NCBI GenBank assembly: GCA_045690015.1
Contig: CP145877.1
Coordinates: 270,001 to 302,000 of the forward strand
DNA length: 32,000 nt
Direction: 5' to 3'
Source of the DNA: Candidatus Saccharimonadota bacterium
GTDB lineage: Bacteria; Pseudomonadota; Gammaproteobacteria; Enterobacterales; Enterobacteriaceae
The notes beneath the pieces are model-generated. The model was given only the letters and a program-made list of their open reading frames with translations, was not told where the DNA came from and searched no databases. Below are positions 1 through 9,632 of the stretch, in pieces (the first letter of the stretch is position 1; each line of letters begins with the position of its first letter). The translations under genes were made by a program, and so were the position numbers.

Positions 1-929
1 GATTTAAAAGGATCCAACCTCAAACATATGCTGGTTTATTTCCCCTGAATTTTGAAGACTATTCAACATTTCGTAATGCATTACAAAAACTTAGTATTAA
101 TGATTCATCATTGTATTATGAGCCTGAAACTTCCACTGCGCTAGGATTTGGTTTTAGATGTGGTTTTCTTGGATTTTTACATATGGATATAGTTAAAGAA
201 AGATTACGAAGAGAATATAATCTAGAATTAATTTCTACTATTCCTACCGTAATTTATGAACTGCAAACTATTAATGGAGAAGTTATTTATATAGATAGTG
301 TATCAAAAATCCCCTCTAAGAAGATTTCTATCTGGCGTGAACCGATAGCAGAATGTAGAATTTTTGTACCTCAAATTTATTTAGGAAATATTATTTCACT
401 ATGTGTAGAAAAAAGGGGTATACCAATTAATTTAATCTATCATAGGAATCAAGTAGAATTAATATATGAAATTCCAATGTCCGAAATAGCTTTCGATTTT
501 TATGATAGATTAAAATCCCATTCTCAGGGTTATGCAACATTGGATTATAGTTTTAAGAAATTTCAAACCTCTGATTTAATCTGTTTAGATATATTAATTA
601 ATAAAACTCGTTTAGACGCTTTTTCTGTAATTACTCATAGGAGTATTGTACTAGATCGTGCACGTAAATTAGTAGATAAAATGAAACAGCTAATTCCACG
701 ACAACAATTTGATATCATAATTCAAGCTGCTATTGGTAATAAAATTATTGTACGTTCAACAATTAAGCAATTTAGAAAAAATGTCTTAGCAAAGTGTTCA
801 GGTGGTGATGTAAGCAGGAAAAAAAAATTGCTGCATAAACAGAAAAAAGGAAAAAAACGCATGAAATCATTAGGAAATGTTGAAATTCCACATGAGGTAT
901 TTATAGCACTTTTACATGTGGATAAATAA
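1..929 (+). CDS. lepA: Translation elongation factor 4 (LepA), C-terminal part; the 5' end lies outside the window
   Basis: Frame 3 is open from nt 3 ([68 protein letters not shown]...). It is collinear with E. coli LepA through the C-terminal [20 protein letters not shown]...LHV motif. The track start at 111 is only a TTG inside the gene. Conserved lepA-lepB-rnc-era synteny supports the call. Confidence 0.95.
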   Translation, partial: FKRIQPQTYAGLFPLNFEDYSTFRNALQKLSINDSSLYYEPETSTALGFGFRCGFLGFLHMDIVKERLRREYNLELISTIPTVIYELQTINGEVIYIDSVSKIPSKKISIWREPIAECRIFVPQIYLGNIISLCVEKRGIPINLIYHRNQVELIYEIPMSEIAFDFYDRLKSHSQGYATLDYSFKKFQTSDLICLDILINKTRLDAFSVITHRSIVLDRARKLVDKMKQLIPRQQFDIIIQAAIGNKIIVRSTIKQFRKNVLAKCSGGDVSRKKKLLHKQKKGKKRMKSLGNVEIPHEVFIALLHVDK

Positions 930-941
930 TAAGGAAAAATT

Positions 942-1877
942 ATGGTTAGTACTTTTACCTTAATATTAGCAATAGTTACATTTTTAACTGGTATAGCTTG
1001 GATATTTAAAAAATACTATATACAGTTATTAACTACTAACAACAGATTAGAATTAAAAATTCCACTTTATATATATAAATGGCTTGAAACAACTGCTTCG
1101 GTATTTCCGATGTTATTACTAGTGCTTATTATTAGATCGTTTATATATGAACCATTTCAGGTTTCATCGGGATCAATGATGCCTACATTGCTTGCCGGTG
1201 ATTTCATTATGGTTAAAAAATTTTCTTATAATATTAAAAATCCTTTTACTAAAAATACATGGATTAATATTAGTAAACCCAAAAGAGGAGAGGTTGTAGT
1301 TTTTCACTATCCGCTGAATCCTAAAATAAATTATATTAAACGCATTATTGGAATACCAGGAGATAAAATTTCGTATGATTATATGAAAAAGGAAATTAAT
1401 ATTCAACCTATGTGTCATGAGCTTTATAATTGCAAGAAATTAGAAATTACTTATTCGAAGATTAAACCGAGTAATTATATTCAAACTTTTAAAATCAAAG
1501 AAGGTTCTATAGAAAGTTATTTTTACCAAATAAAAGATAGTGATTTAAAAAAAAATGGAATACGATTATTTGAAAGGTATGAATTATTATCAAATCTTCC
1601 TCATCGAATTTTTCTTTTACCAAGAGATAATCTAATAAATAATGTTAATTTATATTACAAACAGCCTAATCAACCGTTGGCTACTTGGTTAGTACCCAAG
1701 GGATATTATTTTATGATGGGTGATAATCGTGATAACAGTGCTGATAGTCGCTATTGGGGTTTTGTACCAGAAAAAAATCTAGTAGGTAAAGCGGTATTTA
1801 TTTGGATGAGTTTTAGCCTTAAACCAGATACTCAACGACCTAACGGTATACGTTTCAATCGTATTGGTACTATGTAA
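942..1877 (+). CDS. lepB: Signal peptidase I
   Basis: 311 aa. It carries the LepB motifs IRSFIYEPFQVSSGSMMPTLL (catalytic Ser box), YIKRIIGIPGDK and YFMMGDNRDNSADSRYWGFVPE.NLVGKA. An AGGA-like SD lies upstream and the gene sits directly after lepA. Confidence 0.96.
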   Translation: MVSTFTLILAIVTFLTGIAWIFKKYYIQLLTTNNRLELKIPLYIYKWLETTASVFPMLLLVLIIRSFIYEPFQVSSGSMMPTLLAGDFIMVKKFSYNIKNPFTKNTWINISKPKRGEVVVFHYPLNPKINYIKRIIGIPGDKISYDYMKKEINIQPMCHELYNCKKLEITYSKIKPSNYIQTFKIKEGSIESYFYQIKDSDLKKNGIRLFERYELLSNLPHRIFLLPRDNLINNVNLYYKQPNQPLATWLVPKGYYFMMGDNRDNSADSRYWGFVPEKNLVGKAVFIWMSFSLKPDTQRPNGIRFNRIGTM

Positions 1878-1914
1878 TATGTAACGTAACATTTAACTTA
1901 ATTAATCAAAAAAT

Positions 1915-2601
1915 ATGAACATTAAGATTACTATACTGAATCAGCTTCAAAATAAAATGGGTTATTTTTTTCAAGAATATTCCTTGTTACAACAAGCTCT
2001 TACTCATAGAAGTTCAAATGGTAAACATAATGAACGTCTAGAATTTTTAGGAGACTCTATTTTAAATTATGTGATTGCAAATGCACTTTATCATCGTTTT
2101 CCTAATATGAATGAAGGAAATATGAGTAGAATACGTGCCACCTTAGTACGTGAAAATACTTTAGCACAAATTGCACGCGATTTTAATATAAGCAATTGTT
2201 TACGTCTAGGATTAGGTGAAGTTAAAAATGGAGGAACCAATCGGGAATCTATTTTAGCTGATGCAATGGAAGCTATCATTGGCAGTATCTTTTTAGATAG
2301 TGATATTTTTACTATAGAAAAATTGATCTTAAATTGGTATCAAGATAGATTACAGAATATTAGTCCGAATGATAACCCTAAAGATCCAAAAACACGTTTA
2401 CAAGAATGGTTACAAAGTCATAAAATGCCACTACCAACTTATTTAGTTAGCAAAGTATCTGGAGAAGCTCATGATCATATGTTTACTATAATTTGTAAAA
2501 TAAGTAATATAAATGAGCTAGTTATTGGGGTGGGTTCTAGTCGTCGTAAGGCAGAACAAATAGCAGCACAAAATATGTTGATCAAGTTAGGAATTGAATG
2601 A
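1915..2601 (+). CDS. rnc: Ribonuclease III
   Basis: 228 aa with the RNase III signature HRS...[25 protein letters not shown], the [13 protein letters not shown] box and a C-terminal dsRBD ([12 protein letters not shown]...[12 protein letters not shown]). Near-collinear with E. coli Rnc. Confidence 0.97.
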   Translation: MNIKITILNQLQNKMGYFFQEYSLLQQALTHRSSNGKHNERLEFLGDSILNYVIANALYHRFPNMNEGNMSRIRATLVRENTLAQIARDFNISNCLRLGLGEVKNGGTNRESILADAMEAIIGSIFLDSDIFTIEKLILNWYQDRLQNISPNDNPKDPKTRLQEWLQSHKMPLPTYLVSKVSGEAHDHMFTIICKISNINELVIGVGSSRRKAEQIAAQNMLIKLGIE

Positions 2602-3506
2602 TTATTATAGAAAAGCCACAATTATATTGTGGTTATGTTCCTCTCGTAGGAAGATCTAATGTGGGAAAATCTACTTTACTAAATTATATTGTTGGAAAAA
2701 AAATATCTATTGTTTGTCCTAAGCAACAAACTACTCGTCAGTGTATTACAGGAATCTATACTCAAGAAAATCATCAAACTATTTTTATAGATACTCCGGG
2801 ATTAAATCATAGAAGTCCAAAAAAAAGTATCAATCATTTGATAAATTGTAATATAACTAATTCTATAAAAGATAATGTAGCATTAATCATTTTTGTAGTA
2901 GCTGGTACATATTGGACATCTGATGATAATAAAATGTTAAAGATCTTGTCTGAAAGTAATGCACCAGTCTTACTAGTAATTAATAAAATTGATCTAATTA
3001 AAAATAAAAAATTATTACTACCACATATTTATTTTCTAAGTAAACAAATGAAATTTATAGATATTTTACCTATTTCAGCACACACCGGATATAACATAAA
3101 TATATTAGTAAATATTATAAAAAATTTTCTCCCTAAATCAAACCATTTATTTCCTAAAAATCGGATCACCAATCAATCGGTAAAATTTATGATATCTGAA
3201 ATTATTAGGGAAAAATTAATGTTGTTTTTGAATCGTGAAATACCTTATTCAGTTGCTGTCAATATTGATCAAACTTATATTAATAAACAAGGTTACTATA
3301 ATATTTTTGGATATATAATAGTCGAACGCAAAGGTCAAAAAAATATTATTATAGGTTATAAAGGTAACCGAATTAATACCATTCTTAAAAAAGCCCGTCA
3401 TGAGATAGAATTAATGATGAATACACAAGTGTCTATTAATTTATGGATTAAAATTAAAGATAAATGGGCAGATAATCGCATAATGATTGAGACACTTGGT
3501 TATTAG
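2598..3506 (+). CDS. era: GTPase Era
   Basis: 302 aa with the G1 motif [10 protein letters not shown]3 DTPG, G4 NKID and a C-terminal KH domain ([18 protein letters not shown]). A 4-bp ATGA overlap with the rnc stop matches the conserved rnc-era coupling. Confidence 0.96.
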   Translation: MIIIEKPQLYCGYVPLVGRSNVGKSTLLNYIVGKKISIVCPKQQTTRQCITGIYTQENHQTIFIDTPGLNHRSPKKSINHLINCNITNSIKDNVALIIFVVAGTYWTSDDNKMLKILSESNAPVLLVINKIDLIKNKKLLLPHIYFLSKQMKFIDILPISAHTGYNINILVNIIKNFLPKSNHLFPKNRITNQSVKFMISEIIREKLMLFLNREIPYSVAVNIDQTYINKQGYYNIFGYIIVERKGQKNIIIGYKGNRINTILKKARHEIELMMNTQVSINLWIKIKDKWADNRIMIETLGY

Positions 3507-3600
3507 ATATTTGTAAGTTATTATCTATCCTAAGGGATAAAGATCTTTTTTATAAAAATTATTCATATTTAATTAAAAAAAATGATTAAAAGGTAATGTG

Positions 3601-3984
3601 ATGGGCATTATAGGTTTAGGAACTGATATCGTTGATATAGTACGTGTTGCTAATATTGTAGAGAGATTTGGGAATAAATTTGCTAAACGTATTTTATGCG
3701 ATGACGAATTATTACATTATCAAAAACACTATCGCTATCCAATTCGTTTCTTAGCAAAACGTTTTGTAGCAAAGGAAGCAGCTGCAAAGGCATTTGGTAC
3801 AGGAATGAGTAATGGTATAACATATAAACAATTTTCTATATATAATGATAGATATGGAAAGCCTTACTTGAAATATCAATCTCAAGTAGCTTCCTTAGCA
3901 GAACATTTAAAACTGAAATGTACTCATCTTTCAATAACAGATGAGAGACTTTATGCTTGTGCAACAGTTATTATAGAAAGATGA
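3601..3984 (+). CDS. acpS: Holo-[acyl-carrier-protein] synthase
   Basis: MGIIGLGTDIVDI...FLAKRFVAKEAAAKAFGTG...FSIYNDRYGKPYL...SITDERLYACATVIIE matches E. coli AcpS almost end to end. I prefer the ATG at 3601 over the GTG at 3598 used by the track, because it aligns with the E. coli N-terminus MAILGLGTD. Confidence 0.93.
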   Translation: MGIIGLGTDIVDIVRVANIVERFGNKFAKRILCDDELLHYQKHYRYPIRFLAKRFVAKEAAAKAFGTGMSNGITYKQFSIYNDRYGKPYLKYQSQVASLAEHLKLKCTHLSITDERLYACATVIIER

Positions 3985-4000
3985 ATAACTAAATTTAGAT

Positions 4001-4207
4001 TTATTTTTGCTTAACTTTTATAATAGCCTTATTAATGGGACAGACTTTTTGACAGTTTGGTTGTATATAATAGCCCCTGCATTCAGTACAACTATCTTGA
4101 TTAATGTAATAATTTTTATTTATATCGCTAAATGAAATAGCATTATTGGGACATTCAGGTACACACATATCACAATTAATACAGTATTCAGTAATCATTA
4201 AACTCAT
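4001..4207 (-). CDS. yfhL: Small 4Fe-4S ferredoxin (YfhL-type, two Cys clusters)
   Basis: 68 aa. CINCDMCVPECP and C..C......CQKVCP motifs align with E. coli YfhL ([25 protein letters not shown]...CTEC...CQKVCP). It converges on acpS exactly as in E. coli. The C-terminus is shorter than the 86-aa E. coli protein. Confidence 0.82.
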   Translation of the reverse strand: MSLMITEYCINCDMCVPECPNNAISFSDINKNYYINQDSCTECRGYYIQPNCQKVCPINKAIIKVKQK

Positions 4208-4285
4208 AATTTTCTTTACTTATTATAGGCGATATAATCTTTTCATTATTATTCATCTTCAATGATAAATTATTTACTTCTTTGA

Positions 4286-4398
4286 GGAAATCTTGCTAGT
4301 CACTTCCTAGTACATGTCTTTCCTATTTTAGCTGCTTCTTTCCAGACCTGACCAATTAATAGGTTAGTTCACATTACAGGATAACCAACAAGATTTCC
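4286..4398 (-). ncRNA. ffs: 4.5S RNA (signal recognition particle RNA)
   Basis: The reverse complement reads GGAAATCTTGTTGGTTATCC...GGTCAGGTCTGGAAAGAAGCAGC...CTAGCAAGATTTCC. The 5' UGUUGGUU.UCC and the domain IV core GGUCAGGUC.GGAA.GAAGCAGC match E. coli 4.5S RNA (GGUCAGGUCCGGAAGGAAGCAGCC) almost base for base. The ends 4286-4295 and 4389-4398 are perfectly complementary (GGAAATCTTG/CAAGATTTCC) and close the long hairpin. Length is 113 nt versus 114 nt in E. coli. The locus is a locally GC-richer island in an ORF-free spacer. Confidence 0.9.
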
Positions 4399-4504
4399 AA
4401 TTATTATAATTCTAAAAGTTTTTTTTTAAAATGCAATTTATATTGATATAAATTAGTAATTAATTTATTCTGATTAATATATCTGAGATTTGGATTAATA
4501 CAAT

Positions 4505-5713
4505 ATGTTTGAGAACATACTTATTGCATCTGAAGATCCTATTTTAGGATTGACTGAAAAATTTTCTACTGATCCGAGATCTAATAAAATTAATCTTGGC
4601 ATTGGTGTTTATAATGATGAAAATGGAATAGCACCAATATTAACTAGTGTAAAAACTGCTGAAAAATTTCTTTTAGAAAAAGAAGAAAATAAAAATTACT
4701 TAAATATTGAAGGAAGTGCAGAGTTTGCCTTGTATACTCAAAGATTGTTATTTGGTAAAAATAGTGAGCTAATCTCTAATAAACATATTAGAACAGCACA
4801 AACTCCAGGAGGAACGGGAGCATTACATATAATAGCAGAGTTTTTGGCAAAAAAGACCAAGATTAATAGAATATGGATTAGTAATCCAACTTGGCCTAAT
4901 CACAAAAATATATTTATGGCAGCGGGTATAAATGTATACGAATATCCTTGGTATAATTATGAAAAACATTTGCTAGATTTTGAAAATTTATGGTTGACTT
5001 TACAAAATGAAGTACAGGCGGGAGATGCTGTTTTGTTTCATGGTTGTTGTCATAATCCAACTGGTGTAGATCCTACAATTGAACAATGGAAAAAATTAGC
5101 ACATTTATCGCAAATGAATCATTGGCTACCTATATTTGATTTGGCTTATCAAGGGTTCTCTAAAAGTTTAGAAGAAGATGTAAGAGCATTACGTATTTTT
5201 ACGCAAAATCATGACGAAATGATGGTAGCAAGTTCATATTCTAAAAACATGGGATTATATAATGAACGGGTAGGATCTTTGACAGTTATTTCTAAAAATA
5301 CCAACACAGTGAATGCAGTTTTTAGTCAAATTAAGGCCATCATTCGAATTAATTATTCTAATCCCCCATCTCATGGTGCGGCTATAGTTACTACTATCTT
5401 AAAAGATGAAGATCTTAAGCTTCTTTGGCATCAAGAACTATATCGCATGCGCAAACGTATTTTGGATATGCGTCAACTATTAGTTGATACTTTACAACAA
5501 AAAGGTCTCAAAAAAGATTTAAATTTTATTAATAATCAACATGGTATGTTTTCTTACAGTGATTTAAGTAAGCAACAAGTTGTTTATCTAAGAGAAAAAT
5601 TTGGTATTTACATACTGGATTCTGGAAGAATAAATATAGCTAGCATTACATCAAAAAATATAAATTACTTATGTGAAGCTATTTGTTCAGCAGTTTTATC
5701 AATAAAAGATTAA
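4505..5713 (+). CDS. aspC: Aspartate aminotransferase (class I, PLP-dependent)
   Basis: 402 aa. MFENI....DPILGL...[61 protein letters not shown] (PLP lysine box) and NYSNPP.HGA are collinear with E. coli AspC. TyrB is a paralogue but the alignment favours AspC. Confidence 0.93.
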   Translation: MFENILIASEDPILGLTEKFSTDPRSNKINLGIGVYNDENGIAPILTSVKTAEKFLLEKEENKNYLNIEGSAEFALYTQRLLFGKNSELISNKHIRTAQTPGGTGALHIIAEFLAKKTKINRIWISNPTWPNHKNIFMAAGINVYEYPWYNYEKHLLDFENLWLTLQNEVQAGDAVLFHGCCHNPTGVDPTIEQWKKLAHLSQMNHWLPIFDLAYQGFSKSLEEDVRALRIFTQNHDEMMVASSYSKNMGLYNERVGSLTVISKNTNTVNAVFSQIKAIIRINYSNPPSHGAAIVTTILKDEDLKLLWHQELYRMRKRILDMRQLLVDTLQQKGLKKDLNFINNQHGMFSYSDLSKQQVVYLREKFGIYILDSGRINIASITSKNINYLCEAICSAVLSIKD

Positions 5714-5871
5714 ATTGATTATACTAAAAAAATGGATTGGCTAGATGAGATATTTGCTAGATTTTTGATCTTCTTACTCTAAAAAACCAAACCGAACTCA
5801 ATCTAATATTTAATTTAATGATCTTTGGTTGCATTAAAGAATTTTGATTCTTATTCGAAATACATTATCAC

Positions 5872-6660
5872 ATGAGATTATATCGTAAATTAGCACTCGG
5901 TATTGAATATAATGGTAGTCGATATTATGGCTGGCAATTTCAAAAATTTGTTCCTAGTATACAAGCTAATTTAGAAGAAGCATTATCAATAGTAGCGAAT
6001 CATTCCATAAAAACATATTGTGCAGGACGCACTGATGCAGGAGTACATAGTATAGGACAAGTAGTACATGTTGAAACTAACGCCTTACGTAAGGTATCCG
6101 CATGGACTAGAGGTGTCAATAGATATTTGCCAAGTGACATTGTTGTACGGTGGGTAAAAGATGTGCCCGATAATTTTCATGCACGTTTTAGTGCAATTGC
6201 TCGTTTATATCGTTATGTAATTTATAATTCTAGTTTTAGACCCGCATTACTAAATACAGAAGTGATGCACTATGATAAACCACTAGATGTAAAAAGGATG
6301 CAAATAGCAGCTCAATATCTAATAGGTGAAAATGATTATAGTTCTTTTCGTGCTGCAGATTGTCAATCTAAGTCTTCTTGGAGAAAAATTATATATTTAA
6401 GTGTAACTCGATATGGACCTTATGTTCTAATAAATATAAAAGCTAATTCTTTTCTACGTCATATGGTACGTAATATAGTTGGTTGTTTGATAGAAGTAGG
6501 ATGTGGTAAATATGATGAAAATTGGATAGCTGAGATTTTAGCAAAGAAAAATCGTAATAAAGTAAAGTATACTACAGTTAAACCAACCGGTTTATATTTG
6601 GTAGCAGTTAATTATCCGACTTATTTTTCTTTACCACAGTCAGAACGTTTATTTTTATAA
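5872..6660 (+). CDS. truA: tRNA pseudouridine(38-40) synthase
   Basis: 262 aa. [33 protein letters not shown] (catalytic Asp), FHARFSA.AR.YRY.IYN and [11 protein letters not shown] match E. coli TruA. Confidence 0.95.
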   Translation: MRLYRKLALGIEYNGSRYYGWQFQKFVPSIQANLEEALSIVANHSIKTYCAGRTDAGVHSIGQVVHVETNALRKVSAWTRGVNRYLPSDIVVRWVKDVPDNFHARFSAIARLYRYVIYNSSFRPALLNTEVMHYDKPLDVKRMQIAAQYLIGENDYSSFRAADCQSKSSWRKIIYLSVTRYGPYVLINIKANSFLRHMVRNIVGCLIEVGCGKYDENWIAEILAKKNRNKVKYTTVKPTGLYLVAVNYPTYFSLPQSERLFL

Positions 6661-6736
6661 AAAATATTGTTTTCCCTAAATTAATTGAGTCCTGTTAGAT
6701 AAGTTATTTTTACATAAAAATTAGTACAGGTTCATT

Positions 6737-7315
6737 ATGAAGCGACTCATTATAGGGATTTCTGGAGCAAGTGGTATTATTTATGGTATCCGTATCTTAG
6801 AGGTTTTACAACAGATTGAGGAAGTAGAAACCCATTTGGTTATGAGTCTAGCAGCTAGAGAAACATTAACTATAGAAACCGAATATACATTAAGTGAAAT
6901 AAATTTTTTAGCTAATAACGTATATGATGTACGTAATATCTCCGCCACAATTTCATCCGGTTCATTTCAAACTGATGGCATGGTAATTTTACCTTGTTCT
7001 ATGAAAACCCTCTCTGGAATTGTCAATAGCTATACTGATAGTTTACTAACACGTGCTGCTGATGTAGTATTAAAAGAAAAACGCACATTGGTTTTATGTG
7101 TAAGAGAAACACCTATGCATTTAGGACATTTACGTTTAATGTCAATGGTAGCTAAAATGGGAGCTATTATTATGCCACCAATTCCAGCATTTTATCACCG
7201 TCCTAAAACCATACAAGACTTATTAGATCAGACTGTAATTAGAATATTAGATCAGTTGGCAATAAAATTGCCAATGAATTCTTTACGTTGGCAAGGTTAT
7301 CCTATAATAAAATAA
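6737..7315 (+). CDS. ubiX: Flavin prenyltransferase UbiX
   Basis: 192 aa. MKRLI.GISGASG.IYG.R.L, SSGSFQT.GMVILPCS.KTLSGIV.SYTD.LLTRAADVVLKE.R.LVLCVRETP.HLGHLRLM is near-identical in pattern to E. coli UbiX. Confidence 0.94.
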   Translation: MKRLIIGISGASGIIYGIRILEVLQQIEEVETHLVMSLAARETLTIETEYTLSEINFLANNVYDVRNISATISSGSFQTDGMVILPCSMKTLSGIVNSYTDSLLTRAADVVLKEKRTLVLCVRETPMHLGHLRLMSMVAKMGAIIMPPIPAFYHRPKTIQDLLDQTVIRILDQLAIKLPMNSLRWQGYPIIK

Positions 7316-7318
7316 AAT

Positions 7319-7356
7319 CAACACAGGCGTAGGTTCATCTATCTATGCCTGTGTTG
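7319..7356. terminator. Long hairpin between the convergent ubiX and orphan-gene 3' ends; candidate bidirectional intrinsic terminator
   Basis: caacacaggc (7319-7328) is the exact reverse complement of gcctgtgttg (7347-7356). Pairing continues inward (g29-t46, t30-a45, a31-t44, g32-c43, g33-t42, t34-a41), giving about 16 bp with a 6-nt loop. It is flanked by aaaat upstream and tattt downstream, so each strand has a short U-tract. It starts 4 nt after the ubiX stop. Confidence 0.6.
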
Positions 7357-7394
7357 TATTTAACTAAGTTTGAATATAATAAATAGAATTATTA

Positions 7395-8261
7395 TTACGA
7401 GGTACGATGACGATGGCGGTATCCTATTAAACCCATAATAGCAGCTAAAAAACCTTCTAAAATAAGGAAAAAGAACGTAAACCAACTTATTCTAGCTATA
7501 GTTTTAATAGTTGTTTCAGCAACATCCATAACTTTTTCAATCGTTTTAGATTTTATTCCTTGATATTTTTCATAAAGCTTTACTACTTTTTGTACTAATT
7601 CTTCTACTTGTTGGTCTGATTCTCCAGTATGTAATTTAATAATCTCTCGTAGAGCAGTAATATCACTCTGCCGTAAAGTAGTTTGATTGGATGCCATTAT
7701 TTTATGCCACCAATTTACAAGAGATGGATCATGGTACATCTGCAAGAGTTGCTCTAGTTCTCCTTTTAAAGAATCGGAAATATTATTGGGCATACTTTCT
7801 TCGGTTAATTGTGTTACATGAGAAATCATCGAACCGCTATTACTTATGGTTTTTAATCCAGTGCCAATTAAATTCATTGTATTACTAATTGCGCTAGAAA
7901 AGATGAAAAATAGAAACCAAAAATATATTAAGGTATTTACCGACCACACAATAATACCATGAAGCACCCCATCACTATTAGCTAAACGTCCGGAGATATA
8001 TGCCCCTACAGAAATAGCAACCAGCATGCTAATGATAATCCAGAACGTTATACCAGTGCCGGTTCCAATATTATTAATATAATTTCTCTCAAAAAGAATA
8101 TTAATTGTCTTAATAGCACCAACTGCCGTTCCTAATATGATAAATAAAAGCTCGATGATGATAGATAAAATAACTCCTGCAAATACAGCATTCCAAGAAA
8201 GATGTTTCAAAGGAACTATAAAATCATTCATATCATTATTAATAGTATGTTGATTAGACAT
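7395..8261 (-). CDS. Hypothetical integral membrane protein (orphan; 3 N-terminal TM helices, a ~130-aa hydrophilic helical domain, 1 C-terminal TM helix, basic RHRHR tail)
   Basis: Intact 288-aa ORF with host-like AT-rich composition. By eye, hydrophobic stretches lie at about residues 22-50, 69-91, 98-124 and 259-281, and an acidic, helical segment at about 125-258. I recognise no family. No E. coli gene in the ubiX-to-nuoA interval matches it. Confidence 0.6.
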   Translation of the reverse strand: MSNQHTINNDMNDFIVPLKHLSWNAVFAGVILSIIIELLFIILGTAVGAIKTINILFERNYINNIGTGTGITFWIIISMLVAISVGAYISGRLANSDGVLHGIIVWSVNTLIYFWFLFFIFSSAISNTMNLIGTGLKTISNSGSMISHVTQLTEESMPNNISDSLKGELEQLLQMYHDPSLVNWWHKIMASNQTTLRQSDITALREIIKLHTGESDQQVEELVQKVVKLYEKYQGIKSKTIEKVMDVAETTIKTIARISWFTFFFLILEGFLAAIMGLIGYRHRHRTS

Positions 8262-8493
8262 ATTGAATGCTCCTTTTATAGATATTATAATTCAATTATT
8301 TGGTGAATAGATATTTTTCTAAACCATTAATTTTTCACCATAAAAAATTATTGATACAATAATTTTATTCTTAATAGGATCATTGAAGATACAAATGAAG
8401 TAAATTTACTTATATTATATTTATAATAAATAAGATATTATCTAAATTATAGTTAACAATAAGAATTGTTGCTAACCTTTTTAAAAAACCCAT

Positions 8494-8892
8494 ATGAATT
8501 TAAATAATCCGTGGAATTTTATAATTTATTGTACCATTAGCATGATATTATGTGGTTTGATACTATCATTGTCATACATTTTAGGCGGAAAATCTCATGG
8601 TAGTAGGAATAAAGATCTTCCTTTTGAATCAGGTATTAATTCCGTTGGAAGTGCAAGGTTACGTTTCTCAGCTAGATTTTTTTTGGTAGCAATATTGTTT
8701 GTAATTTTTGATGTGGAATCTCTTTATTTATATGTTTGGAGTATAAGTATCCGAGAGACTGGATGGTTAGGATTTAGTGAAGCTGCTCTTTTTATTTTTG
8801 TACTCTTAATTAGTTTAATTTATTTATTACGTTTTAATGCTTTACAGAGTACTTTATCAACCGAAATGCATAAAAAAAAGAAGAATATCTAA
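8494..8892 (+). CDS. nuoA: NADH-quinone oxidoreductase subunit A
   Basis: 132 aa. [47 protein letters not shown] matches E. coli NuoA. It is the first gene of the nuo cluster. Confidence 0.94.
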   Translation: MNLNNPWNFIIYCTISMILCGLILSLSYILGGKSHGSRNKDLPFESGINSVGSARLRFSARFFLVAILFVIFDVESLYLYVWSISIRETGWLGFSEAALFIFVLLISLIYLLRFNALQSTLSTEMHKKKKNI

Positions 8893-8910
8893 TAGTATTG
8901 ATGCACTTAA

Positions 8911-9564
8911 ATGAAATATATTCTCACAAAAATTAATTCTGCTTCTCCACAATCAAATAAAAGCTCTTCCAAATTTGAAGAAGAAATACCACATAATATT
9001 TATATGGGAAAAATTGAATCTTTTATTCAAAAATGGGTGAAATGGGGTAGAAAAAATTCTCTATGGCCATATAACTTCGGTCTTTCTTGTTGCTATGTTG
9101 AAATGGTTACCACATTTACTGCAGCTCATGATATAGCTAGATTTGGATCTGAAGTTTTAAGAGCATCACCTAGACAAGCCGATTTTATGGTAATTGCTGG
9201 GACTCCATTTATTAAAATGGCCCCAATTATACAACGTCTTTATGATCAAATGTTGGAACCAAAATGGGTTATTTCTATGGGTGCCTGTGCCAATTCTGGA
9301 GGGATGTACAATGTATATTCGGTAGTACAAGGAGTGGATAAATTTATTCCTGTAGATATATATATTCCCGGTTGTCCTCCTCGTCCTGAAGCTTATATAC
9401 AAGCATTATTGTTATTACAGGAAGCTATAGATAATGAATGCCGACCTTTATCATGGATAATCGAAGATAATAAAATTTATCGTATGCCTAGGTTATCAGA
9501 AAGAAAAAGAAAATGGAAAGAGCGTGCTAGTATAACTAATTTACCTCTACCAGATAAAATCTAA
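8911..9564 (+). CDS. nuoB: NADH-quinone oxidoreductase subunit B
   Basis: 217 aa. [47 protein letters not shown]...[56 protein letters not shown] is near-identical to E. coli NuoB (N2 cluster cysteines present). Confidence 0.97.
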   Translation: MKYILTKINSASPQSNKSSSKFEEEIPHNIYMGKIESFIQKWVKWGRKNSLWPYNFGLSCCYVEMVTTFTAAHDIARFGSEVLRASPRQADFMVIAGTPFIKMAPIIQRLYDQMLEPKWVISMGACANSGGMYNVYSVVQGVDKFIPVDIYIPGCPPRPEAYIQALLLLQEAIDNECRPLSWIIEDNKIYRMPRLSERKRKWKERASITNLPLPDKI

Positions 9565-9632
9565 CATTACATATAGTAGAATATTAGTATTAATTTTCAT
9601 GAGATAAATTAGAAAAATCATTTTTAAAATTT

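Noticed and set aside
3526-3552. Small hairpin tatcc-taag-ggata, the palindrome aaagatcttt and a T-run after era, considered as an intrinsic terminator feature.
   Set aside because: A 5-bp stem is too weak to call a terminator with confidence. It is mentioned only within the recO/pdxJ-loss finding.
8262-8493. The 232-bp divergent spacer between the orphan gene and nuoA, with a possible TTGATA -35-like hexamer and a small stem aacaat-aaga-attgtt (8455-8470) in the nuoA leader.
   Set aside because: I found no convincing -35/-10 pair at proper spacing. The stem is 6 bp of mostly A/T. Promoter calling by eye in roughly 80 percent A/T sequence is unreliable.
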